Shown: positions 1 to 18,040 of the stretch, piece by piece | Layout of the letters: every line of letters begins with the position of its first letter | How positions within the stretch are numbered: position 1 is the stretch's first letter | NCBI RefSeq assembly: GCF_009914755.1 | Contig: NC_060928.1 | Reading direction: 5' to 3' (one strand) | DNA: 64,000 nucleotides | DNA from: the human T2T-CHM13v2.0 reference genome, Homo sapiens | Notes under the pieces: model-generated | The model's input: the letters and a program-made list of their open reading frames with translations, nothing else | The model's database searches: none | Told to the model about the DNA's origin: nothing | Position numbers and translations under genes: made by a program

Positions 1-789
1 TCAGCCTCCCTTGGTGTTAAGGACTGCAACTATCTTGGAAAAAGAACTAAATGTGAGGCTTTGCTCTTTCAGATAGCAAAACTTATTATAAAGCTACAGT
101 AAATAAGGCTGTATTGTATACAGGCAAGGGATAGCCAAATAGAATAATATAGAATGTTAAGACATGACTCCACTCACATATGGTTACTTGATATAAGACA
201 AAGATGGTCTGCAGAGCAGCGGGGAAAGGGTGGGCTTCAATAAATGAAGTTTTCCTGTCCTCTTTAAGGAATCATTACCTTCCATAAGGTTGTGAGATAC
301 TGTCCAGTGTTATCATCTAGAAGCTATATTGTTTACTTTTCTTATTTATGTCTCTAATTCCCCCAAAATCAAATTTTTAGGCAGCTATCCATACAAGACA
401 AAGAAAAGAAATGTGACCTCTATGCAAAAGTCTTATATGGTTGTTGGGTACCTACTGAGAAAGAATGTTCTAAGAGGGGTTAAGGTTGAAGCTCCAGATC
501 TCTGAAGGCCTGACTTCAGAAGTTTTAACATTCACTTGATCCAGGGCTGCCCACCTGTGAAGAAGATTGAGGTGGAATAAGAGCAAAACCTCAAGTGGGG
601 CCATTTTTGCTTCAGAATGAAATAGAAAAAGTTAGTTTCTTGGCCAACAGAAACATATTATGAACAATCCAAGTGAGATTTTGGAAGCAAAATTTCAAGA
701 AAAAGAACTTTTGGCTCTGCCTCTTAAGGAAGGTAGATGCTGTCACAACATTATCACAGAATGGGTCTAGTCCGTGAGGCCCATACTAG

Positions 790-1169
<380 letters not shown>

Positions 1170-1381
1170 GGAAATGGGACTTTTGGGAAACTACTATTCT
1201 CTCAGTGGGGCCTTAACAGCAAATAGTGAAAATGCTTTAGGCATTTTAGCTGATGCAAATTCAAGTTTAAGGCGTTATTGAGAAGCTAAAAAACCAAACC
1301 AAAAGGAATATAGGCTACATTTAGATATGTATATTTTATTCATTTATTGATGTATTTATTCTATAAATATTTATCAATTGT

Positions 1382-1784
1382 TGTAGCAAAGACTGGCTAG
1401 ATGTTGATCAAACCAATTTTGTTTTATTCCTAAGGCCACAGCTGAACTACATTTTCTAGCAATCCTCAGAATAAGATGTGGTCATTGACTGAATTCTGGA
1501 CAATGGAATGGAGTAGAGTGAAATACATCACTCCTAGGTTTGGCCTGTCAAATCTCATGCACAATTCTGTACATTCATGTGCCAGCCTCTCCTCGGGTGG
1601 GGACTCCAAGCACTTTGGAGTTGGTGGAGCCACAAGATGGATCTGAGATCTTTGCTAAGGTAGGGTTTCCCTGGCTGGCCTATAGCTGACTGTGACATAA
1701 GAGAGAAATAAATTTTGATTTTCTTAAGCTCCCAAAAGTTTTGAGATTGTTTGTTACAGCCATGAGTCTTCCCTGATTAATACA
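1382..1784 (+). mobile_element. MLT1 (MaLR) LTR
   Basis: Starts TGTAGCA and ends GAAATAAA...TTGTTACAGC...CTGATTAATACA, typical of MLT1. Confidence 0.65.
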
Positions 1785-1905
1785 AATGCAATGTCTATTC
1801 TGTGCCAGCCTTATTCTGGGTACTAGGGATGCAACAGGAAACAAATAAGAGACATGATTCCTCCTCTCACAGGAGATACCTTATAAAAGGGGTGGCACAC
1901 AATAA

Positions 1906-2344
<439 letters not shown>

Positions 2345-3271
2345 TGAGACAAGGAATTACGAACTAGACAAATCAATCAGTTTTCTGGCTCCCAACCCAT
2401 TACTCACAATGATTCTCAAGTATGAGGATATGACAGAGCAAGGAAAGTGCTAATCCTTGTTAGAAAATTCCATTATTCAATTTTATGTCTTAAAATAATG
2501 TATTCCACACAAGTGTAAGTCTATTCATGGAAGCATTGATTGTAAGGGCAAAATACAGAAAACAAAGATTTAAATATCCATTCGTAAGAGAATGCACATA
2601 TTGTGATATATTCAGAGAACAGAAAATTATATGGTAGGGAAAAATAAAGAAATTAGGGATTCAAGTATCCCTAATTTCAAGGATGAATCTCACAATCATG
2701 ATGAAGAATAATGAAGGCAAGAATGAAGAGTACAGAGTATAATGCCATGACAAAGGTTTAAGGTCTTCATGGGAATGATAAACACCAAATTTAGGATAGT
2801 GACTCTGCAGAAGAGAAGAAGGCTGATGCAATCAGAGAGAGTTATGCTGAGGAGATCAACTGTATTGGCCATATTTCATTCTTAAGCTGGGTGGTGAATA
2901 TTACATTATTCTGGATTATCTTCCTTTTGTCCGTCTGAATCTGTTTTCTACCTTCTCATTTCTGCCCTCTGTCCTGAGAGGCTGACTTGTGTGGTCTTCT
3001 ATAGGATCAATGGGCTCCTTGTCCCAGCTTTCAGAAGATCATAAGGTGGAAGAGAATGAAGTCTCAGCTTCCTGACTTTTTAGGATGACTTTGGGCTGGC
3101 CAGGTCTCTTAAGCAGAGGTCACATCTCCTGTTTGGAGGCCCTCTCTACCCAGCCCACTGTGAGTTTTGGTAATTGCCCAGTCCCCTTGTGCCTGCAGGG
3201 CCAGAAATGGAAATGTCCTATTGTTAACACTCAGTTACTACACCATTCCTTACAGTTTTCCGAAACCCTGC

Positions 3272-3807
<536 letters not shown>

Positions 3808-3895
3808 TAATTTGAAAAGAATGAAGAGTTTAATCGAGACTATAGCCATCCTGAATTAAGGAACAGAGAAGGGGACAAAGAAAAAGAAGAGACTG

Positions 3896-4178
3896 TAGTT
3901 GGACATGGTGGCTTGCACCTGTAATCCCATCACTTTGGGAGGCTGAGATGGGAGGATGGCTTGAGGCCAGGAACTGGAGACCAGTCTGGGCAACATTTCA
4001 AGACCCCATCTCTATAAAAAATAAAAACAAAATAGTTGGGAGTGGCGGTAAGTACTTGTAGTGTGAGACAATCTTATTTGAGCCCAGAAGCTCGAGGTTA
4101 CTGTGAGCCATGACTGAGCCACAGCACTCCAGCCTAGGGGACAGAATGAGACCCTGACTCTAAAATAAATACACAAAA
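3896..4178 (+). mobile_element. AluJ
   Basis: Diverged dimer with A-rich tail. Confidence 0.85.
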
Positions 4179-4333
4179 ATACCATTTTATTTATTTGGTG
4201 TTACCCAGCTTGAGAGTGCCATCTGTTTTTTTGCTGGGTTGCTGAGTTCTGACTGATAGAATAGATATTCTCTCTCTTTTTCTCTCTCCAGACACATGAA
4301 TCTTTTTTTTGCATATTTGACATAATGTGCTAA

Positions 4334-4959
<626 letters not shown>

Positions 4960-5286
4960 AAACATTTATTGAGCACCTATTATATATCAAGCATTGTGCT
5001 AGGGTTAAGGTTTGGAGATAGAGAGAAAAATAAATTAAATCTGTTGTTACAAGGAAGTCACAGTCTAGTAGGAGACACAGGTGAAAAACTGGCAATGAAG
5101 TATAGTGGCTAAAAACATGGGATTTGCAGTCTGAGAAACCTGAGCTCAATTCTAGGTTCTGTTACCTACTGGCTATGTGACCTTGGGCTACAGAAATAAA
5201 AATGGGATTACTACTGGTACCTTCCTTATAGGGTAGTTGTGAGGATTAAAAGTAAAAGCACTAGTATCTATACTTTTACATCTCAC

Positions 5287-5637
5287 TAGTTATGTGTTGC
5301 TTAACCATGGGGATATGCTCTGAGAAACGCATTGTCAGGTGATTTTGTGGTTGTGTGAATATCATAAAGTGTCCTTACACAAACCTAGGTGGTGTAGCCT
5401 ACTACACGCCTGGCTGTGTGGTGCACAGGCAGTCTACTGCTTTGAGGTTACAAACTTGTACAGCATGTTACTGCACTGAACACTGTAGGCAATTGTAACA
5501 CAGTGGTATGTGTGTATCTAAATGTATCTCAACATACAAAGTTCCAGTAAAAATATGGCATAATAAATCTTATGAGACCACTGTTGTATATGTGCTCTGT
5601 CATTGACCCAAGTGTTGGAATGTCATACACATGACTA
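5287..5637. mobile_element. Tigger3a/MER7A DNA transposon
   Basis: Matches recalled consensus pieces CTGAGAAA.GC.TTGTCAGG and TTACACAAACCTAG.TGGT.TAGCCTACTACAC; ends CATGACTA. Confidence 0.75.
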
Positions 5638-7194
5638 TATGCCTAGGATATATTAAGTCCTTAATAAATGTTACCTAAAATTATTGTCAATTGTAACAAT
5701 AGCACTTTGTACTTGGTTTAGAGGTAGCACAGAGGAGGCACTGATTAAGTAGAGCTAAGGAGGTCAGCAGAAGTTTAATGGGTGAAGCGATGTCAGAGCC
5801 GGATCTTAAGGAAATGGTACTTTCACCAAGAGATCAAGTGGGGAAAGGCAATCCAGACAGAGGAAACAACATGTATAAGAACATGGAAGAATGAAATAGC
5901 ACTATGTGTTCAGGAAAACATGAGCATCTTGCTATTGCTAAATGGTCAAGGCCTAGGCATGAAAAATAATGAGACGAGGCTGAGTTACGTGGAGGTATAC
6001 ACAAAAAGCCTGGATTGGACTTGATCCTGCAGTTGAGCATCTAGGAAGAATTTTTAATTCTAATTTTTAATTTTTAGCACCATTTACTTGCTTTTGAGAG
6101 GAAGAATTTCTAAAACTTTTATTTTAAAATAATTTCAAAGCTGTAGAAAAGTAGCAAATTGAAAAAATAAAAAACTCTGCTATACCCAGGTTCTCCAATT
6201 TTTAACGTTCTCTCACATTTGTCTTATCATTCATTTCTCTTTCTGACTTCCACTATGTGTAATTGTCAAAATCAGGGAATTCATAAGGATACAACGCAAC
6301 CTAATTTCCTTTATAGCAAAAACCTTTCTTTCTTTTGATCCAAAAATCCAACCCATGATCATGTGTTGCATTTAGCTGTCAGGTCTCTTCAGTCTCCTTG
6401 AATCTGGAAGAGTTCTTCAAATCTGTCTTTTGGGACATTGGCATTTTGAAGAGCATAGGTCAATTATATTGTAGAATGTCTTCAGCTTGTGTTTGTCTGA
6501 TATTTCCTCATGATTAGAGGCATTTATGCATTTTTTTTCAGGAACACTAGAAAAGATAATACTGTATTCTCCTCAATGGTTCATATAGAGAGGTGTACAA
6601 TGTCTATTTGTCACATTATTGGTGATTTTTCACTTTGATCACAATAAAGAGTATCTCCCAGGTCTCTCCACTTTAAAGTTACTATTTTTCCTTTTTAAAT
6701 GATAAACGTTTTGTAGGGAGTTACACTGAGATATGTAAAAATATGGCAAACTATATAAAGAACAAAAGACAGTGAAAACTCTTAACGCAGCAATTCCACT
6801 TTTAAGACTGTATCTGAAGACCTCCTCGCCTCATGCCTGCATGCAGGCTGCATGCCTGCTCATCCCAGTACTTTGGGAGGCCAAGGTGGGAGGATGGCTT
6901 GAGATCAGGAGTTCGAGACCAGCCTGGGCAACATAGGGAGACCCTGTTGCTATTAAAAAAAAAAAAAAAAAAAAAATGGAGATATATATATATATCTCCT
7001 AAGTAAATAAGGATGTATGTAAAGTTTTAGCTAAACGGATATTCACTGAAACCTTGTTTATAATAGATAACAATTTAAAATAACCTAAATGTCCATTATT
7101 AGTGGATTTGGTTCAGTAAATTACCCATACGATAGAATATTATGCAGACATTAAAATTATGTGGTAAAAGTATAATTGATGACAATAAAGAATG

Positions 7195-9066
7195 TTGTGT
7201 GCAGTGGCTTGTGCCAGTAATCCCAGCACTTTGGGAGGCGGGGGTGACAGGATCACTTCAGCCCAGAAGTTCAAGACCAGCCTGGACAACATAGTGAGAC
7301 CCCTGTCTCCACAAAAAAGCTAAAAAATTAGCTGGGCAAGGTGGCGTGTACCTGTAGTCCTAACTAGTCCAGAGGCTGAGGCAGGAACATCACTTGAGCT
7401 CAGGATGTTGAGGCTGCAGTGAGCTGTTGTGTCCGGAATTGGTGGGTTCTTGGTCTCACTGACTTCAAGAATGAAGCCATGGACCCTCACCGTGAGTGTT
7501 ACAGTTCTTAAAGTCATCGTGCCTGGAGTTTGTTCCTTCTGATGTTCAGATGTGTTCAGAGTTTCTTCCTTCTGGTGGGTTCCTGGTCTCGCTGGCTCAG
7601 GAGTGAAGCTGCAGACCTTCACGGTGAGTGTTACAGCTCTTAAGGCGGCACTTCTGGAGTTGCTTGTTCTCCCGGGTGGGTTGGTGGTCTCGATGGCTTC
7701 AGGAATGAAGCTGCAGACCTTCATGGTGAGTCTTACACCTCATAAATGCAGTGTGGACCCAAAGAGTGAGCAGTAGCAAGACTTATAGCAAAGAGTGAAA
7801 GAACAAAGCTTCCACGGTGCAGAAAGTAACCCCCATGGGTTCCCACTGCTAGCTTGGGCAGCCTGCTTTTATTCCCTTAACTGGCCCCACCCACATCCTG
7901 CTGATTGGTCCATTTTACAGAGAGCTGATTGGTCCATTTTGACAGGTTGCTGATTGGTGCGTGTACAAACCTTGAACTAGACACAAAAGTTCTCCAAGTT
8001 CCCACTAGATTAGCTAGACACAGAGCACTGATTGGTGCATTTACAAACCTTGAGCTAGACACATGATGCTTATTGGTGCATTTACAAACCTTGCACTAGA
8101 TACAGAGTGCTGATTGGTGTATTCACAATCCCTTAGCTAGACATAAAGATTCTCCAAGTCCCCACCAGATTAGCTAGATACAGAGTGTGGATTGGTGCAT
8201 CCACAAACCCTGAGCTAGACACAGGGTGCTGATTGGTGTGTTTACAAACCTTGAGCTAGATACGAGTGCTGATTGGTGTATTTACAATCCCTTAGCTAGA
8301 CATAAAGGTTCTCCAAGTCCCCACTAGACTCAGGAGCCCAGCTGGCTACACCCAGTGGTTCCCGCACTGGGGCCGCAGGTGGAGCTGTCTGCCAGTCCCG
8401 AGCTGTGAGCCCGCACTCCTGAGCCCTTGGGTGGTCCATGGGACCGGGTGCCCTGGAGCAGGGGGTGGCCCTCGTGGGGAGGCTTGGGCCACGTGGGCAG
8501 GAGCCCACGGTGGGGCCGGGGGAGGCTCAGGCATGGCGGGCTGCAGGTCCTGAGCCCTGCCCCGTGGGGAGGCAGGTAAGCCCCGGCAAGAAATCCAGCA
8601 CAGCACTGGTGGGCCGGCACTGCTGGGGGACCCGGCGCACCCTCCGCAGCTGCTGGCCCAGGTGCTAAGCCCCTCACTGCCCGAGGCCGGCGGGGCCGGC
8701 CGGCCGCTCTGAGTGCGGGCCGCCAAGCCCACGCCCACCTGGAACTCTAGCTGGCCCGCAAGCGACGCACGCAGCCGCAGTTGCCACCCGTGCCTCTGCC
8801 TCCACACCTACCACAAGCTGAGGGAACCGTCTCTGGCCTCGGCCAGCCCAGAGAAGGGCTCCCACGGTGCAGCGGCGGCTGAAGGGCTCCTCAAGCACGG
8901 CCAGAATGGGAGCTGAGGCCAGGAGGCACCGAGAGCAAGCAAGGGCTGCGAGGGCTGCCAGCATGCTGTCACCTCGCTGTCACCTCTCACTGTGAGCACC
9001 ACTGCACTCCAGCCTGGTTGACAGGATGAGATGCTGTCTCAAAGAAAAACCAAACGACAAACAAAA
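7195..9066 (+). mobile_element. AluJ split by LTR12C
   Basis: The Alu runs to GCAGTGAGCTGT at 7427 and resumes at 8994 toward CCACTGCACTCCAGCCTGG and an A-rich tail. Confidence 0.88.
7428..8989 (-). mobile_element. Solo LTR12C (ERV9 LTR) inserted in an AluJ
   Basis: Minus strand starts TGAGAGGTGACAGC and ends AATTCCGGACACA, with TSD CTGT (7424-7427, 8990-8993). Contains ~41-bp repeats with CCAAT boxes. Confidence 0.93.
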
Positions 9067-9272
9067 AGTTGACATCATAGTAACTGAAGAAATCAGGTAA
9101 GTAAATTACTTTATATGGTATGGTGCAGTTTTTATTTAAAAAATATTTTATACATACATACATACTTATTGATTTTTTTCTTGTATACAAAAGTATATGT
9201 ATGTATGCATGTAAACATTTCTATTACTTGATTTTATTACATCATTTTTACTGCTTATATTGCAAAACTAAG

Positions 9273-9598
9273 TTTTTTTTTTTTGAGACATGGTCTTGCT
9301 TTGCCGTTTGGGCTGGAGTGCAGTGGCAGGATCATAGCTCACCATATCCTTGACTTCTCAGGTTCAACAGATCCTCCCAGCTCAGCCTCCTCAGTAGCTG
9401 GGACTACAGGCGCCTGCCACCATGCCCGGCTAATTTTTTAGTTTTTAGTTTTAGTTTTTGTAGAGACGGGGTTTTGCCATATTTCCACCCTGGTCTCGAA
9501 CTCCTGGCCTCAAAGAATCCGCTGGCCTTGGTGCCCTGGATGCCCTGGCCTCTCAAAGTGCTGGGATTGATTACAGGCGTCAGCCACCGCTCCTAGCC
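9273..9598 (-). mobile_element. AluJ
   Basis: Poly-T plus dimer; TSD-like AAAACTAAGTT/AAAACAAAGTT. Confidence 0.88.
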
Positions 9599-10149
9599 AA
9601 AACAAAGTTCTTAAAAATAAAAGTAATATGAGCTTTTCTGGTGTATTAAGTACGGAGAAGTTAAAAAAATACAATAACAAAGTTCACAGCCTTTTGTGAT
9701 CAGTAAATGTTAGTTTTTCGCTCTTCCCTAGTGACAAGGAGGCACTCAAGCATGAGTTACAACACAACCGACCTGGAATACAGCTGAAAAGATTGAAGCA
9801 ACAGGTTCGCAGGGGAAGGCCTTTACAGCTTCTTTCGACTCTGACATTTCAGGATCAGCACAATTCTCCCCTATTTACTGCTGAAGCAATCAACTGGGAT
9901 TATACAAAAAAATTATTTGTATTGAATACCTGACAGTTGTGTTACTATTACTAGCACTATCGGTTTTGAAGGGGAGGTGGTGGTGTGTGGAAAAAAAAAG
10001 TCTGGCAGGAGGGAGGGCAGATGTGAATCCCAGCCCACCGTCCCGTTGACAGCTCTATGGCTCTCCTTTCTGTGAATGAGCGGTGGTCCTTAGGCCTCAG
10101 ACCCGACAATGTCAGTGAGAAACAGAACTTAACCCAAGGGACTGTTCTC

Positions 10150-11355
<1,206 letters not shown>

Positions 11356-12320
11356 GCTAGCTCCAGCCCCACTTCTTTGTGCTTTACTACCGTGCTTTGA
11401 CACTTAAGCAACTTTGGGGGTGGGGAAGGGAGAGGTCTGTGTAATTCATTCTTTTCTTTCGGTATATAAAATTATTAATTTACAAAACTGTAAGCTAACG
11501 GGATGAGTCACCTGTGACTGAATTTCCCAGAGTGAAAAGGACAGTTCCATTGAGGGTTAGGCGTGAATGCTGTAGTGTATTTTAAGTTTTGTGCAGTAGA
11601 GCAAACCCAGCGTTGAATGGGGTCCAGACTGAAGCGTGTGCTCGTGTTTCTGTTTACTGAAGAGTACTAGTGTTGCTGCTGCATTTCGAGACCCAGGATG
11701 AGGGCTGGGCGGCAATAGTATGGCTCTTAGTTACAGTCCAGGTTTAGTGAAGAGAGGCACATGAATATTCAAATATTAAATTGGTAGCGTCCTGTGGGGA
11801 GGAGAGCCGGAATAAAGAGAAGGCCTGATTGGGGCCCTGCCCTTGCCAGTTATTGTGCGATCTTGAATTAGTAAAGTTACTTAATCTTTCTGAGTTCCAG
11901 TGTTACACTGTACAGAGGGGATGATTATAGCTTTCTTTGTAAGTTTCACAAGCTTCTTCTGAGACCCAGATTATCCAAGGAACGTGAAATGCTGTTATAA
12001 TGTAAAGTCCTTTATTTTTTAAAGGATTCTAGTACGATTTAACTCTGCCATAAATAAAAATATGAATAAGAATGAAGGCAGATATATGAACACAATACAA
12101 ATAATAAAAGTGTTTTCCAACATAAAACATAAAAACGTAAAGATATAAATAAATACAATCTTTACGTCACAATATTTGTAGATAAGCGATTGCAAAAGGT
12201 CTTAGCTGTGTTATACAGTCTTGTTTTTAGATAGGATATGATCCTTGACCTTGTTAGTATAATTTGGAAAAACTTGCACGTGGAGGAGTGTTGCTTGATC
12301 TAAAAATAGCATTACCGAAC

Positions 12321-12394
12321 AATCTAAAGGACCTGTACTAGGTTTAACATGTTGAGCATTACTCATGTTAGACCTAGTACACGTCCTTTAGATT
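12321..12394 (+). ncRNA. MIR3684: microRNA precursor hairpin MIR3684 (mature 3' arm about 12368-12388)
   Basis: 31-bp arms AATCTAAAGGACCTGTACTAGGTTTAACATG and CATGTTAGACCTAGTACACGTCCTTTAGATT are reverse complements with 2 differences, around a 12-nt loop. Matches my recollection of hsa-mir-3684. Confidence 0.88.
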
Positions 12395-13174
12395 CTTTAA
12401 AATTCCCAAATTCTATCTTGTTGTGGCCTGTGTGGGACCTGAACTTAAGAAACAGTGTTTGCTTTTGACAGTTGTACCATCTGAGTAGAATAACTTTAAA
12501 AGTAGGTGGCATTTTGAATTAATATGTATTACAATCTTCTGTTAAGATTTTAAAAAGGTAGTGTGAAACCACATTCATGAAACAGGTAGAAAGAAGGTGA
12601 ATCACTGGGGTTTGTGGAAAAATGCTAGACAAATTTGTGAAAACAAAACATCTAGGGTTTATTCCGTGTGTTAGGATTGGAGGTATTTACATGTTGGATT
12701 CTGCAGGTATATTTCTGGTATCACTGTTAGACATGCACTCAAATATTCCCAGAGTGGCTGTCCCAACTGTCTCTTTTTCTTCATTTCTGTTACCACCTCC
12801 TATGGTCAGCTTTTAAAATTTCCCACCAAATCAGTTGTCATACTCTCTTAATTTATTTCTCTACTGTAATTCCTCCCCTTGCAAACAAACGCCCACAAAA
12901 AACCCTATCAAACAAAACCTTTTGTACAGAAGTTATTTTTCCCGCAGTCTGATTATGCGTATCCCTCATTGCTTTCAGGATTCCAGCCCCACATTCAGGG
13001 CCCCTCTTCTGAGCCTCTTGCTCTAGCCAAAGGCTATGTTTACATTCTTTCCTTTCCGAAGTGTCACCTGTCTTCTGAAATCACAGCTGTTCCCCCAATC
13101 CCAGCTTGAGACCTTGATCAAGTCACTGTAACTTATTCTAAGCGCTTTATACATCTGTGATGAAATATGGGCTT

Positions 13175-13503
<329 letters not shown>

Positions 13504-13744
13504 TTAGGGATTTTCCTTAACACTTCTGTGATCACTAGGAGGTCTTTCTTTCTACTGCTCTGGTCCTTGGCCTGGCTGTCTGGCCAGCTTGTCTTTGGGA
13601 ACAAACAGAACAAAACTGCAAGAGGCCTTTCTATCACACCATTAACAGAAGTAAGGCATTCCCAGTTACTCTGTCACACCACCTTGTTTATTCCTTTATG
13701 ACCTTTTGTGCAATCTATGATTACCTCACCTGTTAGAAAAATGA

Positions 13745-14056
<312 letters not shown>

Positions 14057-14378
14057 TAGTCGGAAGGTGAACTTCATGAATGATCCTATCTTGTTCACTG
14101 CCCTGTTCTCATTTCCCAGTATGATGCTCTGTATGCAGTAGGTGGCCATTAAATGTTTGAATTAATGGATAAATGCATCAAAATAGAGAGGTATACTGCT
14201 GTGTTTGAATCACAGCTCCATCATTTACTAGTTATGTGACTTGGGCAAATAACCTCTCTTTTTCAGCTGTATCTTTTTAAAATGGGGCTATTAATAATAC
14301 CTATCTCAGGGTTTTGATGAAGACTAAATCCAAAGTATGTAAAGCTCTTAGCATATTAGTAAACTTAATGAATGTTAG

Positions 14379-14743
<365 letters not shown>

Positions 14744-15569
14744 TAGGATGTTTGATTTTAAGGAAAGCTTTTGTTCTTTAGAGGAGTACAACCAGTTTTA
14801 CTTGAAAATTGAGTTTTCCAAGAGTTCTTGATGTTCGATTGTGTTTATTAATAGAAGTTTTCCTTCCTATTTAATAGTTTATGTATGTCTTTTTCATTTG
14901 TGTGTAAGAATTTTTTGAGGACAGAGGGTGTGTTTTACTCATTTTTGTATTTTCCAAAGTGCCTTGCCCACAGTAGGCCCTCATTTCCTTACATGAAAGA
15001 AAAGACATCAGTGGGCTTGCAATGGAAAACAAAGAAATTCTGTATTTACATTATCCTTTGTAAACACTGAATAGTATAGTATATTGTTGATACACTCATT
15101 TATTTGCTTATGGTTGAATTTAGTTACTTTTCAGTTTTTTAGCTGATGTTTAACTTTGTGAATAGCATAGGGCAGTTGCTGTCTCCTCTGGTTAGAGGAT
15201 CAGCTGGGAGGGACCTGAGTGATCTGTAACTATTTATATTTATAAGGCATAAAAGGTAGTAAGCATAGTGTAAGTGGAAGGAGACCTGGATTTTGCTCCC
15301 ATGACCTTGGGTAAGTCCCCTCCTTTGCTTAATGAAGCATCCTCTTCAATGGAGTTGAGCAGAAGGTGACTAAGAGAGCATCCAGGGTGCCTAGTAGAGC
15401 ATATAGTAAATTTGGGCCTTATTGTGCATATAACCTCATATGTAATGTTATTAAAATCAGTACCAAGGAAGGCTTAAAAATCTTTGAGGGGAAATGTTAC
15501 TTGTTTATGAACATTTTTGACAAATCCAATAATAGGTTCTTTAAAAGAAGTGGTAGGTAACATGATTAA

Positions 15570-15931
<362 letters not shown>

Positions 15932-17726
15932 GGAAGAAAGTCTTGTTGAGCATCTTGTAGGTTGGAGTTAGAAGGTAGAGAAGGAATTGCCGTTATAACA
16001 TGCAGTATCTTTGAAATGCAACCCTGCCCTCTGAAACTTTCTCTGTCAGTAACAACATTCCTGCCAGTGCAGGGTGTTTCTGGAATTCATCTTCATTAAA
16101 GGAGATATTATCATGTTGTGCGTTTTTATTTATAGGGATTTTCTTTAAATTCCTCATGTCACTTCAGACCACCCTTAAACACTCCTGTAAGTTAGCTGAG
16201 TTTAGGTACAAATGCCATAGCTTCTTATAAGCAAAAAGATAGGATGAGGTAAAGAGAAATTATGAGTCTTTTTAAAACAAAACAAAAATAATTTCATAAA
16301 TTGTTTATTGTAGAAAAATAGAAAATATGTGTGAAGATAATCAATTACCCAGAGATGATTTCTATGAAATTTTGGTGTGTATTCTTAAGAACATATTTGC
16401 GTATTTATTCATGTGCACACAGTTGTGTATGTTTTTACAAAAATGGCAACCATAATACATATAATCTTAGAGAATTTTCTCATCCTTAATGTCTTAACCA
16501 GTGTTTTGGTAGTGTCATGTCATGGCTACATTTACATGATCCTTTATAAAGACTGTTATGGGTGTACTGTCATTTGTTTATTCACTTATAGTTGAATTTA
16601 ATTTCTTTTCAATTTTTTACCTTCTGTTTACTCTTCAATAAATATTCCTCGAAAATTTAAATCATTTTGACTTACTCAGGAACGTATAATAATGGTACAG
16701 GATTTGGTACATGAACCCAGAATTGAACTATCCTAAGCTAATTCTATATCCTTTTCCAGAACAGTGGTTCTCACAGTGTAGTTAGTGGATTATTGTTGGT
16801 TTGAGGGCCTTCTGGTCATCTATGAAGTTTTGGCATGAAATATACCTACATTACAGTAGAATTTGTAAAACAACAACAACAAAAAAACGAGCATCATTTG
16901 GTTGGTAGGCAATCAAAAGTTATACCAGTCTTTGAGTTACCTTTTTGGAAATTGAAGTGCTATAGGAAATGTGATCTTATACTGTTCACTTAGTTTGTGG
17001 ATTGAAATCAAGTTTTAGTCATGGTTTTTTAAGGTGAATCTTTTTCATGTTTAGCATATTTGCAAAATTTTAGTTAAGTTTTAGTAAATTTCATAGGAGT
17101 GACAGACATAAGTGCATAGCTAAGCTCATTCCAGCTCTAGATATTCGGAAGAAAAGCAGTGGCACGGTAACTCCTTCTGTAATTGTCTTTGGTATTACTG
17201 CAATAGCAAACACTTTTAGATAGATATTAAATAGGCAGAAATACTTTATAAAGCAACCGTTGAGCTTCATTCTGTATCAAATGTTTAATGTAATGGAATA
17301 TAAATGTAATTACAACCCTTTGTGCTTGATCCTGAACTTCGCCTGACCTCACAGTTTTAACATGAAGCATTCTTTTATTCATGCTTGGGCAGGTAGTGCT
17401 CCCAGCTCAACAATTATAAGTCTTTTCCTTTGATTTCCTTGATTGGTATCAGTCTTGTCTCTGGGTTTGAATAAAGAGCAATTCAAAACACTCTGTAAAC
17501 GAGGCCTGCCTTTCTCATTGTGTGTGCATGTGTGTGTGGGGCACCTTATGGATGAAACTAGGATAGGGACCCCATGGAACTTCTCATGCTTTGTAAGTTG
17601 TAAATAAGTTCTCTCCTGTTTTTATCTCCAGTAACCTGACTTATTGCAAGGCTCAGTAAAGATTTCTTCCTGATACACCAGAGCTGTGCCATGTCTGTTG
17701 GAAAGCATTTCTAAAAACCCTGTTAA

Positions 17727-18040
17727 GGCCAGGCGCCGTGGCTTATGCCTGTAATCCCAGCACTTTGGGAGGCTGAGGCGGGCAGATATCTTGCTACGAG
17801 ATCAGCCTGGTCAACATGGGGAAACCCCGTTTCTACTGAAAATACAAAAATTAGCTGGGTGGTGATGGTGCATGCCTGTAATCCCAGCTACTACTCAGGA
17901 GGCTGAGGCACAAGAATCTCTTGAACCTGAGAGGTGGAGTTTCAGTGAGCTGAGATTGCGCCACTGCACTCCAGCCTGGGCAACAGAATAAGACTGTCTC
18001 AAAAACAAACAAACAAACAAACAAAAAACAACAAACCAAG
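17727..18040 (+). mobile_element. AluS
   Basis: Dimer with (AAAC)n tail; TSD CCCTGTTAA. Confidence 0.88.

Noticed and set aside
7900-8330. Regularly spaced repeats superficially like a CRISPR array
   Set aside because: These are tandem ~41-bp LTR12 U3 units without unique spacers, in eukaryotic DNA with no cas genes.
7320-9002. ORFs of 60-153 aa
   Set aside because: They lie within the LTR12C and its host Alu, and have no protein-family features.
11504-11510. AP-1 consensus TGAGTCA at the CpG-island shore
   Set aside because: A single 7-mer is expected by chance several times in 64 kb, and there is no further support from sequence.
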